Shown here one piece after another: positions 51,474-63,928 of a DNA stretch of 64,000 bases (positions are counted from its first letter, which is position 1; every line of letters begins with the position of its first letter). Below the pieces are notes generated by a model. It ran no database searches and was not told the origin of the DNA. It worked only from the letters and a program-made list of their open reading frames with translations. The position numbers were made by a program, and so were the translations under genes. The stretch comes from Saccostrea echinata (lineage: Eukaryota). The stretch is from the NCBI RefSeq assembly GCF_033153115.1, contig NW_026889779.1, positions 9,796,001 through 9,860,000 on the forward strand. The letters run 5' to 3'.

Positions 51474-52283
51474 ATTTTCGATCTTTTGCATATATTGATG
51501 TTGCGAGATTCCCTACGTCAGGTGTCCTTAGTAATTACAAATATGACGTCATTTTAGGGAAAACTCACACGACGAAAATAGACTATCGAAAACATATGAC
51601 TATCGGAAACATATGACGGCATGATAACTGTTAGGTCATAAATTAACTGTTGTTTATAGCCCCAAAACTTTCAGAACTTTGATTGCAATTGTGCAGAAAA
51701 AGACACATAGATCTCCAAGAATGATTTTTTCATGAATTGTTTTCAGATGAGTTGAAAGTTGAAAATTATCACTGCATCAAAGTGCAATTTTCTGCACTTT
51801 CTCGGAAAAATGCTAATTTAAGAAATAAGTTTGATTTAGTGGCTAAATAAAGCTACTTCAGGTAGGTAAATAAAGCTATGTAGGTAATTCAAGCTACATA
51901 GCTAAATCTAGTGATTGTACCAGATCTAACCATAGTAGGACAGTAGGGATAACTTTATCAAGAGAAGGTAAATATTTCGTGTCAAGCCCCTGTGTTACAA
52001 CCACTATCATGTTTGTATCATACTGCTGACACTGGGTTTTTCATTATTTGAATGCTTAGACTTTTTTCCGAGTATAACGAAATCACACCACCGACTCGTA
52101 AATATAACAACAAAGTATTTGGTATTTCACCATTTGTTTATCTTCAACAGGTCCAGTGTCGGTTCAAAATCTTCTGATTATACCAAACCTGCTCAATTTA
52201 ATGATGTTTGAAGTTTTGCTAGTCGGAATATAATTGTATGTAGGGACAGGCTATCAGATAAAATATGTCCTATGTTGTTACAA

Positions 52284-52708
52284 CAGGTTGGGAACAATCG
52301 CCCAGATGGGATATATTAACCCGTCTGGGATATAATGTCCCAAATGGGATATAAATTTACTGTGCAAAAAATGAAAATTTTTATCTTGGCTATAAATATC
52401 ATAAATCTGCATCAAGAGACTTATAAAGGAATAACTTTTGGTTAAGTTTTTCTGTATGCCCTCTGTTCAAGAGATTGATCCCTCGGAAGTTCCTAAACTT
52501 CTTGGGGATCAATCTAACAACCCATAGGGTTGCAGAAAAACTTGTTAACCAAAAGTTATTCCTTTTAAAGTATTTTGATGCAGATTTATGATATTTATAG
52601 CCAAAATAACAATTTTCATTTTCTGCACTGTAAATTTATATCCCATTTGGGATATTATGTATCCCAGATGGGTTATTATATCCCATTTGGGCGATTGTTC
52701 CCAACCTG
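52284..52708. mobile_element. 425-bp foldback MITE, 5-bp TSD
   Basis: Almost entirely palindromic (CAGGTTGGGAACAATCGCCCA ... TGGGCGATTGTTCCCAACCTG). TSD TACAA. Confidence 0.9.
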
Positions 52709-53959
52709 TACAATATGTACCAAACTAGTGCAAATACAGTTTTTAGAATACTGTTACAAATGAAGATTCATGATAACTAAACACCAAATCTATTTTAAAT
52801 GTATGAGCCATCTACTTCTTAAAAAAAATTATATAGGAGAAGTTCAACAGATTTTCTTAAGATGTTGCCATGGAATTCTTGAATTGTTTATCAGCTTGGC
52901 CTTACAAAATTTGCCGCTACCTGGTACTTTTACCCAGCTGAAATCATGATTGTACTGGCCAAAATATTCAGTTGAGAAAAAGTCAATTATTTATTTAATT
53001 AAAGTCGCTTCCACCAGGTACCTCCTATTTTTGTCAAAGTACCACATGTTTCTAGTCTTTTTGAAAGCCCTGGTTTAATTAGAATATACATTGACTGCTA
53101 CATTGTCAACACACAGTATAATGGAATGTTCTCAGACTCACATTAAAATGTTATCACATGTATCATACACACCCGGTATGACAATAGAATTTGTTCCATG
53201 TGTTGTCAAAGTAGCAAAATAAACAGGGACAGAAAATATTAATTACACATTTTCTTCAAATAATCCAAAGAGTTTTGAATTTCAGCTTGGCATGTAAATT
53301 GGAAGTGAGAAAAGACATTGAGAAATTAGTTAAATTATTGTTTTTATGGATTATTTTTGAATTTATTTGGCCAGGAAAGCATATACAAGCTGAGAAAGGT
53401 TTGCTATGATTAATTTGGTAGTTATTTTCAGTATATAACTTTTTGTATTCTTCAAAATCTTCTAGGAGTGGAACTGCTCTGATTTGCCACATTGCAACTA
53501 TATAGGATGTATTCTAACTGTGGTGAGGGCTTGTTCAGAGACACAGATAGATTATTCTAACTATAAACAGTATGAATGGTATCATTTAAGCGGGTCTGAA
53601 GGACATATCATCTTTATGACTAATTATACTCTCTACCTTCTTGCAAGAAATAGAGTATTCAGAGCATTATAATAAAGCAGACAATGACATGAAAGAAAAT
53701 CACAAAACAAGTAAATTAAAAACTGACCTAGACCATTTTTCATCCTTTCTTCTTGTCTCTGCACAGTCTGCTGATATGTTTTTTTAAAAATCAAAATCAA
53801 ACTCTTTAAATTACTATTGTCATGCTGAGTAGGAAAGTACCTTCTAATATACTGAATATGCATTTGGCATTTGATACGGAAATTTGGGAAAAAATCTATG
53901 AAAAATGTTTTATAGCAATATGCCTACTAAAAATAGCTCTGTTCCAGGATATTGATATA

Positions 53960-54142
53960 CAGTAAAACTTGTCTAATTCGGACACCAATGGTTCCAAAAA
54001 AATTGACTGGATTAGACAACATTCTGGATTAGACAACATTTAAAACATAGAGTTTACTGCAAGGGACTTAAGGTTTACACCGTACATTTGTATTAGGCAA
54101 GATTTTGACTTACACAATATGCGGATTAGACAAGTTTCACTG
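53960..54142. mobile_element. Tc1/mariner-type MITE, TA TSD
   Basis: TIR CAGTAAAACTTGTCTAATTCG / CGGATTAGACAAGTTTCACTG flanked by TA. Confidence 0.8.
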
Positions 54143-54165
54143 TATTTTTACTGACAGATTATTAG

Positions 54166-57100
54166 ATGGACGGTGAAGATTGTAAGTCTGCCCTGCTACA
54201 CCTGACTCAGGCTAGTGATGATGTAGAGATGCAGAGCTCTACAAAAGAGGAAGGAGCAGTCAGTGAAACGGGCGGAAAATATTCCATTGATTGGAAAAGA
54301 CGAGTCAAATCGGAGTTCCTGAGGATTAAACATCTGAAGAAATACAAAAAGACAGATGAATTAAAGGTATTAAGGAAGATTAATATCAAACATTATAATC
54401 ATAATAATAGTCGAGAGAAAAATGAAAAGAAATCTAGAAATAAATTTTAATTCCTTTTCACGTAAATGTGTATTGGAATTTTAGTAATTTTTAAGCTGAA
54501 TAGTCTGTTTTACATTATCAGCTTAACCATACAGTCAGCAAACCAAATACTCTTATGCTGTTGTTCAGAGGATTTTCATGGAATTTTTTTTCCTTTTTTA
54601 GGCAGCGTTTGCAGCAAACAGAGCTACCATAAATGAAGAACTTACAGATCTGAAAGAATTCATAGAATCACAGCCCTCTTACACTCTGCCTCCTCCAGAA
54701 ACTCTGAGTCACATTCCAATCACTAAAAAGGTGGATCAGATAACATAATAATGAATGAATTTTGTATCAAAATAACAGAATTTTCTTTAAAAAGAAAACG
54801 GTATGCAAATGAATAATTTTGCTCAAAATGGCATCATTATCATATGTACATGCTCTTGATTTATATTTTCGAATGATAGAAATTGCAGTTAATGATATAT
54901 TTCCTGCAAACTATTTTTATTAATGTCACTACATTTTCCAGTTAATGCATTAGCTTCATCATATTGTAGTGTGATGTGAAAAGTAATCTGATGCCAGTCC
55001 AGACAACATTACTTAGAGTGATGAACAGCCTACAGTCTATTCCTACCATGTACTGCTGGGCAGGACTTCAGCAAAATTTCATGGCATGTTAAATCTTGCT
55101 ACAATGTACCTGTATTCTATATTCCAAGTTCCAAACAAAATTACACAAAAAAAATATCATTTAGAAAACTTCTCATTTGCCATAGATGAATCAAACCTTG
55201 TAAATTATATCTCGAGTGTGGTTTTAAATTGATTTTATGTTGATATTCAGGTGGAAGATGAAACTGTTTTGCACAATATTCCCTACATGGGTGATGATGT
55301 ACTGGACAAGGACGTCACATTCATTGAAGAACTACTGAAGAACTATGATGGCAAGGTCCATGGGGAGAAGCACTGCAATGTTATGGATAATGATACTTTT
55401 GTAGAACTTGTCAATTCTCTCTGGCTCAACTACCCTGATCCTGATGTTGATGAAGGTAAAATATCTATCCTCCACACACCAGTAGCAATTATACATTGTA
55501 TATACATGTACATCAAAATAGGAATAGTTATTAGGGCCTGGCTATGTGGGTAATCAATAGTGATCAGTCAGTCTATTCATCTATCATCTGTCCAATATAT
55601 TCTCCAGGATATATTTATTTCCCCCTTACCCTCAGAATGCCTTTGGGTTGAAGGATGTGCAGGACCTTGATCCAAAAATGTTGGTAGAAGATGAGGGTGT
55701 AAGCAGATTTCTGTGTAAAATGCTTGTCCAGACCATATTTAAACCCCCCCCCCCCTTGGTCTGACTTATACTTCACTTAAAGTCTTCCTTTGGGTAAAAG
55801 GAGTACTTAATTTCTGCTTTTATATAAGTTTGGCCTACAGAATACCTTGGATCAATGATGTTCAGTGTTTGAACTAGGTCAAACGTGAAGGTCAAAGCAG
55901 ATTTTGTATAAACTTTGTGGTGTGATGATTATTTTTAGTTACATAATTCTGATAGTCATTTACTCGATAAAATCCAAATCAAGTTTGGACAAAGATTTCT
56001 TACACGTTTAAGAAAAAATGACCCATAGCAATTCTCCTTACTAAGATAAAAACATAATTGAGTGTAAAAAGTTCTGTTCAGCAACAGTTTTCACAAGTCT
56101 TCTTAGCCCTTATTTTTCTTACATTTACCAAAAGAAGGGACCCTTTAATATGGTCGATATCACAATGATTCCTAGTTGGTTAACGCATTTAAAAATCTGT
56201 ATTTTAATATAGAAATACATGTAATACAATTGTAACAGTGTTTGAGAAATGAAGAATTAGAAATGAAATATATCTTTTTTTCAGTTGTACAAGTTTTTTT
56301 AATGTTTATTTTTTAGAGGAGAGTATGGAGCATTGTAATCAGGATGTACAAAAGTCTGAGTTTCCAAGTGATTCTATTTTTGAGGCCATATCTGCAGAAT
56401 TCCCAGAGAAAGGAAGTGCAGAACACCTCAGAGAAAAGTATATATATACACATATATATACATGTATATATAGATTGAAATTATTTAAAATTGTATATGT
56501 TAATGACTAAAACTGATAAACACAGTCAAACCTCCATATCTTGAACTCGATGGAACCAAGAAAAAAACTGAAATATCCAAGGATTAAAGATATCGAGGGT
56601 AAAATACTTAAATAATAAGTAATTGGGGACTTCCAAATCACTTCGACATATCCATGGTATTCAAGATATTAGTGTTTGAGATACCAAAGTTTGACTGTAC
56701 ATGTAAACTTTAAAAATATCATCAAAATTATGAAAATAATTTGTGCAAATATGTATTCTATTTACATGAAATAGTTAAATATTTTGATGTCATTGCATGA
56801 TTTCTGGCATTTTAAATTCATTTTCTTTACTTCAGGTACAAAGATTTGATTGAAGTAAAGGACAGCAATCTTCCCCCTGAATGTACCCCAAACATAGATG
56901 GAGTAAATGCCCAGTCTGTACCCCGTGACCAAACCATGCACTCATTTCACACACTTTTCTGTAGACGCTGCTTCAAATATGATTGTTTCTTACATCGTAT
57001 GTAGTCTATTCCATTGTAATTTCTTTCTTCGTAAATATCTGGCTACAAGGTTGTATCTTGTATTGTACATGTAAGTATCCTACAACCACAGTGTTTTAGA

Positions 57101-58849
57101 TATGTTGAATTGAATGAAGTATTTAATTCATTACATTGTACACTTTGTGCTTGTAACCATATGATACCATATGGTAACGTCGTTATTTCATCGATGATTT
57201 GTGATTTTCAGCATATCATCCCACTCCAAGTATGCTGACAAGAAAAATGCCTGAGACCAAACAAGAAACAGAGCCATGCAGCCCAAACTGCTATCTGCAT
57301 GTGGTAATTATGAAATGCTTTATGACGTTTAAAAAGGTGGATAAGAGAAAAGGAAATTCATAGATGTTTGAAAACCTTCATTCTGTTTATAGATATATTA
57401 TTGCGTTGGGTACTGGTGAAAAGATAATTGGGTCCCCCCAAGAATATGGGGGTCTGTCAACAATTTTTTTCTGTTTTTCCTCAAAACTTTTCTAATGATT
57501 ATTCTGTGAAATTCAGATTTGGTATTTATTTATTTATTTATTAAGACTGTGTTGATACCAAGTTTGATTCTATATTTTATCTGGTTTGGAATGGGGTTTA
57601 GGGGTAAATGCCATTCTTTATGCAAGAATAAATTGGTAAGAGAGAGAAATTTTTCCTACTGTAAACTTCTGAAAGCTGCAGTGAATCATCAAGAATTAAT
57701 TATATTGCCTACTGCAGAAGGTCCAGATCCTAATCTTTACCTGTCACATTAAGATTAATTACCGTATATACTCGCCTATAAGTCGGTCCGCCTATAAGTC
57801 GGTTGTATTTTTTAAGCTTGAATTAGAGGGATTGACCCACTAAAATACCAGTCTTTTTATAACTCGCGTATAAGTCGGATAATGAGTTTTGGACCAAAAT
57901 TTAACTCCCAAAAAACCGACTTATAGGCGAGTATATACGGTAATGCATATCTCTGCTTATGAGTTTTTGTTTGAAAATTAGGTCAAGTATGGGTGATTTT
58001 TACTGCTGTCTTTGAAACAATTCAAGGATACTGTTAATTTATTGCAGGCAGTTGGATAAAAATATCACTGTTATTTAGGAAATATGTTTAAATTTCATTA
58101 CACTATTGGTTGTTTCACTCTTCATCATATCTTTTAATTTACATTTTCTTTATAATGTTATCACTTTCTTATCCATTTCACCCTTGAGTTCCTTGGGGTT
58201 AATGATAATGCCTACTGCAGAAGACCCAGAGCATTATCTTTATCTGTCACATTAAAATTATGAATGAACACCTCTCTCTGCAAGTGATTTTTGGTGTTGA
58301 TGAAAGCTAGCATTTAATAATTAATGCATTCTTCATTCTGGTTCAAATACACAATAAATCAAAACTATTTTTTATGCCCCCGTATCGAAGATTTGGGGAT
58401 ATATAGTTTTTGTCCTGTCCGTCTGTCTGTTTGTCCGCAAAAACTTTAACATTGCCCATAACTTTTGATTGGTTTGAGCTATGGCTTTCATATTTCACAT
58501 GTGTATTCCTTGTGACAAGACCTTTCTTTGGGTACCACCATATTTGACCTTTTGACCTTGACCTTGGAGTTGGACCCAGTTTTGCAAAAGTTTACCAAAC
58601 TTTAACATTGACCATAACTTTTTAACAGTTGATGCTAGAGCTTTCATACTTCACATATGTAATCTTTGTGACAAGACTTTCCTTTAGATACAAACAACTT
58701 TGACCCTTTGACCTTGGAGTTTGACCCAGTTTTGCAAAAACTTTAACCTTGGCCATAACTTTTGAACAGTTGGTGCTAGGGCTTTCATACTTCACATATG
58801 TAATCCTTGTGACAAGACCTTCCTTTTGTTACCAATTACTTTGACCCTT

Positions 58850-58880
<31 letters not shown>

Positions 58881-59264
58881 GAAAAACGTTAACCTTGGCC
58901 ATAACTTTTGAATGGTTGGTGCTAAGGCTTTCATATTTCACATATGTAATCCTTGTGACAAGACCTTTATCTGGATACAAACAAATTTGACCCTTTGACC
59001 TTGGAGTTTGACCCAGTTTTGCAAAAACTTTAATATTGGCCATAATGGTTGGTGCTAGGGCTTTCATACTTCATATATGTAATCCTTGTGACAAGATATT
59101 CCTCTTTGTACCAATTGCTTTGACTCTTTGACCTTGGAGTTTGACCTACTTTTGGAAAACTTTAACCTTGGCCATAACTTTTGAATGGTTGGTGCAAGGG
59201 CTTTCATACTTCACATATGTAGTTTTTTGTGACCTTCATTTGGATACCAACAACTTTGACCCTT

Positions 59265-59295
<31 letters not shown>

Positions 59296-62200
59296 GAAAA
59301 ACTTTAACATTGGCCATATTTTTGGAACAGTTGGTGCTACAGCTTTCATACTTCACATATGTAATCCTTGTGACAAGACCTTCCTTTGAATACCAACAAC
59401 TTTGACCTTGGAGTTTGACCTACTTTTGAAAAAACACCTACCTTGGCCATAACTTTTGAACGATTTGTGCTACGGCTTTCATATTTCACATGTGTATTTC
59501 TTGTGAGAAGGCCTTTCCTTGGGCACCATTAATTTTGACTATTTGACCTTGACCTTCGTGTTTGACTTACTTTTGAAAAACTTTAACCTTTTCCATATCT
59601 ATTCAATGGTTGCTGCTAGGGCTTTCATACTTCACAGGTATATTTCTCAAGACGAGACCTTACTTTGGGTAGCAAGATATTTGATTTGCATTTGAGAAAG
59701 TTTAACCTTTGCTATAAGTTGCAATACGGGGGCATCAGTGTTTTACAAACACATCTTGTTTTTTTTATTATTCCCTTATAGAAATATATCATTAGTTGGA
59801 TAATAAAAATATTCTGATATAAAGGAAATATTTTTACTCTTTAAATTCAATACTGTGCTCATTTCAGTTCTTCATCATATATGTTAATTTTCCATTTTAT
59901 TTCTTTCTTAATCAAGTTAATATTCTCCCATTCACATGCACATCCCTTAGCATGACCCTTGCTGACTGATCATTTTCCTAGTTATCATATTCTGACAATA
60001 AACATGGGAAAAGCATGGTTTATTTAACATGGTACCACAATATAAAGTTATCAGTTAAATGCTGCAGTAGAGATAGTCATCATAATCAAAATGTTCAGTC
60101 CAATCCATCAATAGGGATAGTGGTCAGGGCATAACTGACCCTTTTTGGTACAGGGTCCTGTACCCTTTGGGAATTTCAAATCGAAAAAGAGACAAATTTT
60201 GGAAATCTGGATCTGGGTGCAAGGGTTATTAAGCCCTGGTGGTCATTAAGGGATCGATATTAACGATTGTCCAATTGCCCGGGACAAGTAAATTCTTGCT
60301 TCGGGCAAGTGAAACTGTTGACTTACTTGTCCGATTGGACAAGTGAGTTTTTCTCATAGAGATGTAAATATTTATTTAGTTTACATTAATTTATAAATCA
60401 AATAATAACACTTGATTTCCGCCAGATACCTGACTAACATTGATTTGCATTCGGAATTTCTTAGTAGTATTTTTTACATTATACCTTCCATTCAAAAATC
60501 GGGATTCATTTTTAGCTCACCTCGACGAAGTCGAGATGAGCTTATGCTATACCCCCGGCGTCGGCGTTAGCGTCGGCGTCCCGGTTAAAGTTTTAGGAGC
60601 AAGTCCATTCCCAAGTAACTATAAGCCCTACCTGGACCAAACTTGCATGGATGATGCATCTAGGGATGGACACTACCACACTTGCTTCGGATGCTGGATC
60701 TTACCTAGATTTTCCAGATGAGTGAAGAGGTTAAAGTTTTTGGAGCAGGTCCATTCCCAAGTAACTATAAGCCCTACCTGGACCAAACTTGCATGGATGA
60801 TGCATTTAGGGATGGACACTACCCCACTTGCTTCAGATGCTGGATCTGACCTAGATTTTCCAGATGAGTGACCAGGTTAAAGTTTTTGGAGCAGGTCCAT
60901 TCCCAAGTAACTATAAGCCCTACCTGGACCAAACTTGCATGGATGATGCATTTAGGGATGGACACTACCCCACTTGCTTCAGATGCTGGATCTGACCTAG
61001 ATTTTCCAGATGAGTGACCAGGTTAAAGTTTTTGGAGCAGGTCCATTCCCAAGTAACTATAAGCCCTACCTGGACCAAACTTGCATGGATGATGCATTTA
61101 GGGATGGACACTACCCCACTTGCTTCGGATGCTGGATCTGACCTAGATTTTCCAGATGAGTGAAGAGGTTAAAGTTTTTGGAGCAGGTCCATTCCCAAGT
61201 AACTATATGCCCTACCTGGACCAAACTTGCATGGATGATGCATCTAGGGATGGACACTACCCCACTTGCTTCAGATGCTGGATCTGACCTAGATTTTCCA
61301 GATGAGTGACCAGGTTAAAGTTTTTGGAGCAGGTCCATTCCCAAGTAACTATAAGCCTTACCTGAACCAAACTTGCATGGATGATGCATCTAGGGATGGA
61401 CACTACCACACTTGCTTCGGATGCTGGATCTGACCTAGATTTTCCAGATGAGTGACCAGGGTAAAGTTTTGGAGCAGGTCCATTCCCAAGTAACTATAAG
61501 CCCTACCTGGACCAAACTTGCATGGATGATGCATCTAGGGATGGACACTACCACACTTGCTTCGGATGCTGGATCTGACCTAGATTTTCCAGATGAGTGA
61601 CCAGGTTAAAGTTTTTGGAGCAGGTCTATTCCCAAGTAACTATATGCCCTACCTGGACCAAACTTGCATGGATGATGCATCCAGGGATGGACACTACCAC
61701 ACTTGCTTCGGATGCTGAATCTAACCTAGATTTTCCAGATGAGTGAATTTTAGCCATATTTCAATCAAATTAGCATGGATGATGTATCTTAGGATGGACA
61801 CTTTCAGACTTGTTTTGGATTCTGAATCTCACCTACATTTTCCAGATGAGTGACCAGGGTAATGTTTTTGGAGTAGCTATAGAATATTATGGCATGTTAT
61901 GATTAAACTTGCATGGATGGTGCATCTAAGGATGAAAATTTCCAGACTTGCTTTGGATGTTGGAACTGACCAAGATTTTCTTTATTGGTAAACAGGTTAA
62001 AAGTTTTTTGAGCAGGTCTCTGTGCAGATTACTTTCCAAGTAACTATAAGTCCTTCTTAAACCAAACTTGTATGGATATTGATCTTGGGATGAACACTAA
62101 CTAGAAAAAATATGATGTAAGATTTGCCTTACTTATAGATAACCTTCGTTGAGGTGAGCTTCGTAATCTTTGATTACCTATGTTTCTTTTTTCTTTCTGG

Positions 62201-63928
62201 TAAATACGCTCTACATATAACAACTTTGTTAAATTCTTATTAGAAAATTAGATTAGTTACACGATGTATCCCAATTAAGATATGAATGTCTTTCTTTACC
62301 ATTTCTTCACAGTCATCTCTGAAATTCACAAAAGGATCCTAGCGAAAATAAATTTTTAACATATGAATTTTTAAAAAAGGAAATGGAGGGTTATTACTGC
62401 ATGGCAGTGTGTGTTAACAGGTTAAATTGACAAGGACAGTGATACACATTTAAGTACAAATGCAGCAATGACAGTAGTGTGTTTGGTCAATTTTTTTTCT
62501 TATGAAAATATTTACTGTAATAAATAATATTCTTCATTTCTAATATTGGGCAATCAGATTTTGCATTCAAACAAGTTAAAGTTTGAGATCACTTAAGTGA
62601 ATCTGAAATTTTATGTCTATCCCTGTCATTATTAAAAAATGTTCAGTTCAATCCAGCAATAGGAATACATGTAGTGATCATTATTAAAGTGTTCAGTTAC
62701 GTCTGCTAAAAGGGATAGTATACAATTATCCACTGGCTGTGAGTGGGATAGCTCTTTTATCAAAAGAGATAGTGGTCATTATAAAATGTCCAGTTAAATC
62801 TGGCAAAAGAGATAGTGGTCATTATAAAATGTCCAGTTAAATCTGGCAAAAGAGATAGTGGTCATTATAAAATGTTCAGTTAAATCTGGCAAAAGGAATA
62901 GTGGTCATTATAAAATGTCCAGTTAAATCTGGCAAAAGGAATAGTGGTCATTATAAAATGTCCAGTTAAATCTGGCAAAAGAGATAGTGGTCATTATAAA
63001 ATGTTCAGTTAAATCTGGCAAAAGGAATAGTGGTCATTATAAAATGTCCAGTTAAATCTGGCAAAAGGAATAGTGGTCATTATAAAATGTCCAGTTAAAT
63101 CTGGCAAAAGAGATAGTGGTCATTATAAAATTTCCAGTTAAATAGAACATTAGGGATCATAAGAATTGTATATATTCTGTGTAAATGTATAAGTCTTAGT
63201 CTTTTTTTTTCTTTTTTTTTTTTGCCTGTAGGTTGGATTACCCGATGAAAAAGGAGAAAATGGTGAAGTGAAGAAGGAGGAGAAAATGGATACCAGTATG
63301 TATCTCCTGAGATTTAATTTTTGTCTGATTGATTAGAAAAATAATACTTTCACATTGAATTGAAAGTCACTCTGGGAAATAGGTACATATGCCACTTTGT
63401 AATATAACATTTGATTGTTTCATTGTAAAAACAGCTTCTAGAAACCATTTACTGGTGAATAGATGTACACTGTAGCTGCAAATAAACCAAAATTTCTACT
63501 GTTATTACTTTGGTTTTGTCTTTAGCATTTAGAAGTGTGTATACACTGTCAGTTAAATACTCAAGGGCAAAATAATGATTCTCCTGATAAAATTGAAACT
63601 TACATGTAAATCAAAATTACTGTTACTGTCAGGTTGTTATGGGTTTGCTTGATGATTAAAGAAAAATCTGTTATTATTACTTGCAACAATACACAGGGAA
63701 TTTGATTAAACCTTAAAACTGTGGAAAGTATAGGTATAAAATTTTAATCAGTACACTATTTTAGGATTTTTTTTTGGACACATTTGTTAATTAAAAAGTT
63801 GAACTTTTTAAAAAAAAAAATTATTTTTTTAAATTTTTACACCATTTCATTGTTGTAAGTAGTTGCAGCTCTTGCTTGTCTTATTTCAGGTAAAAAATGT
63901 AAAACTAGATTGCAAAATAAACGCAAAA
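54166..63928 (+). CDS. EZH2: Histone-lysine N-methyltransferase Enhancer of zeste / EZH2-like (3'-partial)
   Basis: Exons 54166-54366, 54602-54730, 54970-55083, 55251-55455, 56317-56437, 56836-56996, 57212-57303, 63232-63295, 63890-63928. Diagnostic peptides [18 protein letters not shown]|[71 protein letters not shown]. The CXC and SET domains lie beyond the window. Confidence 0.95.
56523..56697. mobile_element. Tc1/mariner-type MITE
   Basis: TIR CAGTCAAAC...TATCT / AGATACCAAAGTTTGACTG followed by TA. Confidence 0.65.
57762..57940. mobile_element. Tc1/mariner (pogo/Tigger-like) MITE, TA TSD
   Basis: Perfect TIR CCGTATATACTCGCCTATAAGTCGGT flanked by TA on both sides. Confidence 0.9.
58369..59762 (+). 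mobile_element. Non-autonomous Helentron-type element, copy 3 (in an E(z) intron)
   Basis: Reverse-complement homolog of 39335-40466: TTTTTATGCCCCCGTATC ... GTCT microsatellite ... ~160-bp repeats ... ACGGGGGCATCAGTGTTTTACAAACACATCTTGTT. Confidence 0.85.
60125..60238. mobile_element. MITE with 5-bp TSD
   Basis: Ends CAGGGCATAA / TTAAGCCCTG. TSD GTGGT. Confidence 0.7.
60510..62185 (+). mobile_element. Helentron-type non-autonomous element (second family) carrying a 146-bp satellite array
   Basis: Subterminal IR AGCTCACCTCGACGAAG (60514) versus CTTCGTTGAGGTGAGCT (62144-62160), GGCGTC microsatellite, 3' hairpin GTAATC-TTT-GATTAC, T-run insertion. Confidence 0.85.
60583..61746. repeat. Tandem array, 8 x 146 bp
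   Basis: Unit starts at 60583, 60729, 60875, 61021, 61167, 61313, 61459 and 61604. Degenerate units continue to about 62100. Confidence 0.95.
62762..63142. repeat. 43-bp minisatellite, ~8.9 copies
   Basis: Unit AAAAGAGATAGTGGTCATTATAAAATGTCCAGTTAAATCTGGC. Confidence 0.95.

Larger units (their letters stand above)
48419..51619 (-). mobile_element. pogo/Fot-like (DDE_1, CENP-B-related) DNA transposon
   Basis: TIR-like CGTCATGGGTTTCCGATAGTC (48419) versus GACTATCGGAAACATATGACGG (51598-51619). Contains the transposase pseudogene. Confidence 0.7.
48040..51928. mobile_element. Outer DNA transposon (~100-bp imperfect TIRs, 5-bp TSD) hosting nested insertions
   Basis: Left CAGGTCCAGTACAATCAGTACATTTAGCTACGTAGC...; right end reverse complement TAGATCTGGTACAATCACTAGATTTAGCTATGTAGC.... 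TSD ACCAT at 48035-48039 and 51929-51933. Confidence 0.75.
60248..62625. mobile_element. Non-autonomous DNA element with 5-bp TSD, interrupted by a Helentron-type element
   Basis: Ends AAGGGATCGATAT / ATGTCTATCCCTG, subterminal GGACAAGT/ACTTGTCC repeats, TSD TCATT. Confidence 0.6.

Noticed and set aside
60583-61746. Regular repeats as a CRISPR array
   Set aside because: Whole 146-bp units repeat with no unique spacers, the context is a eukaryotic intron, and there are no cas genes. The same holds for the 43-bp array.
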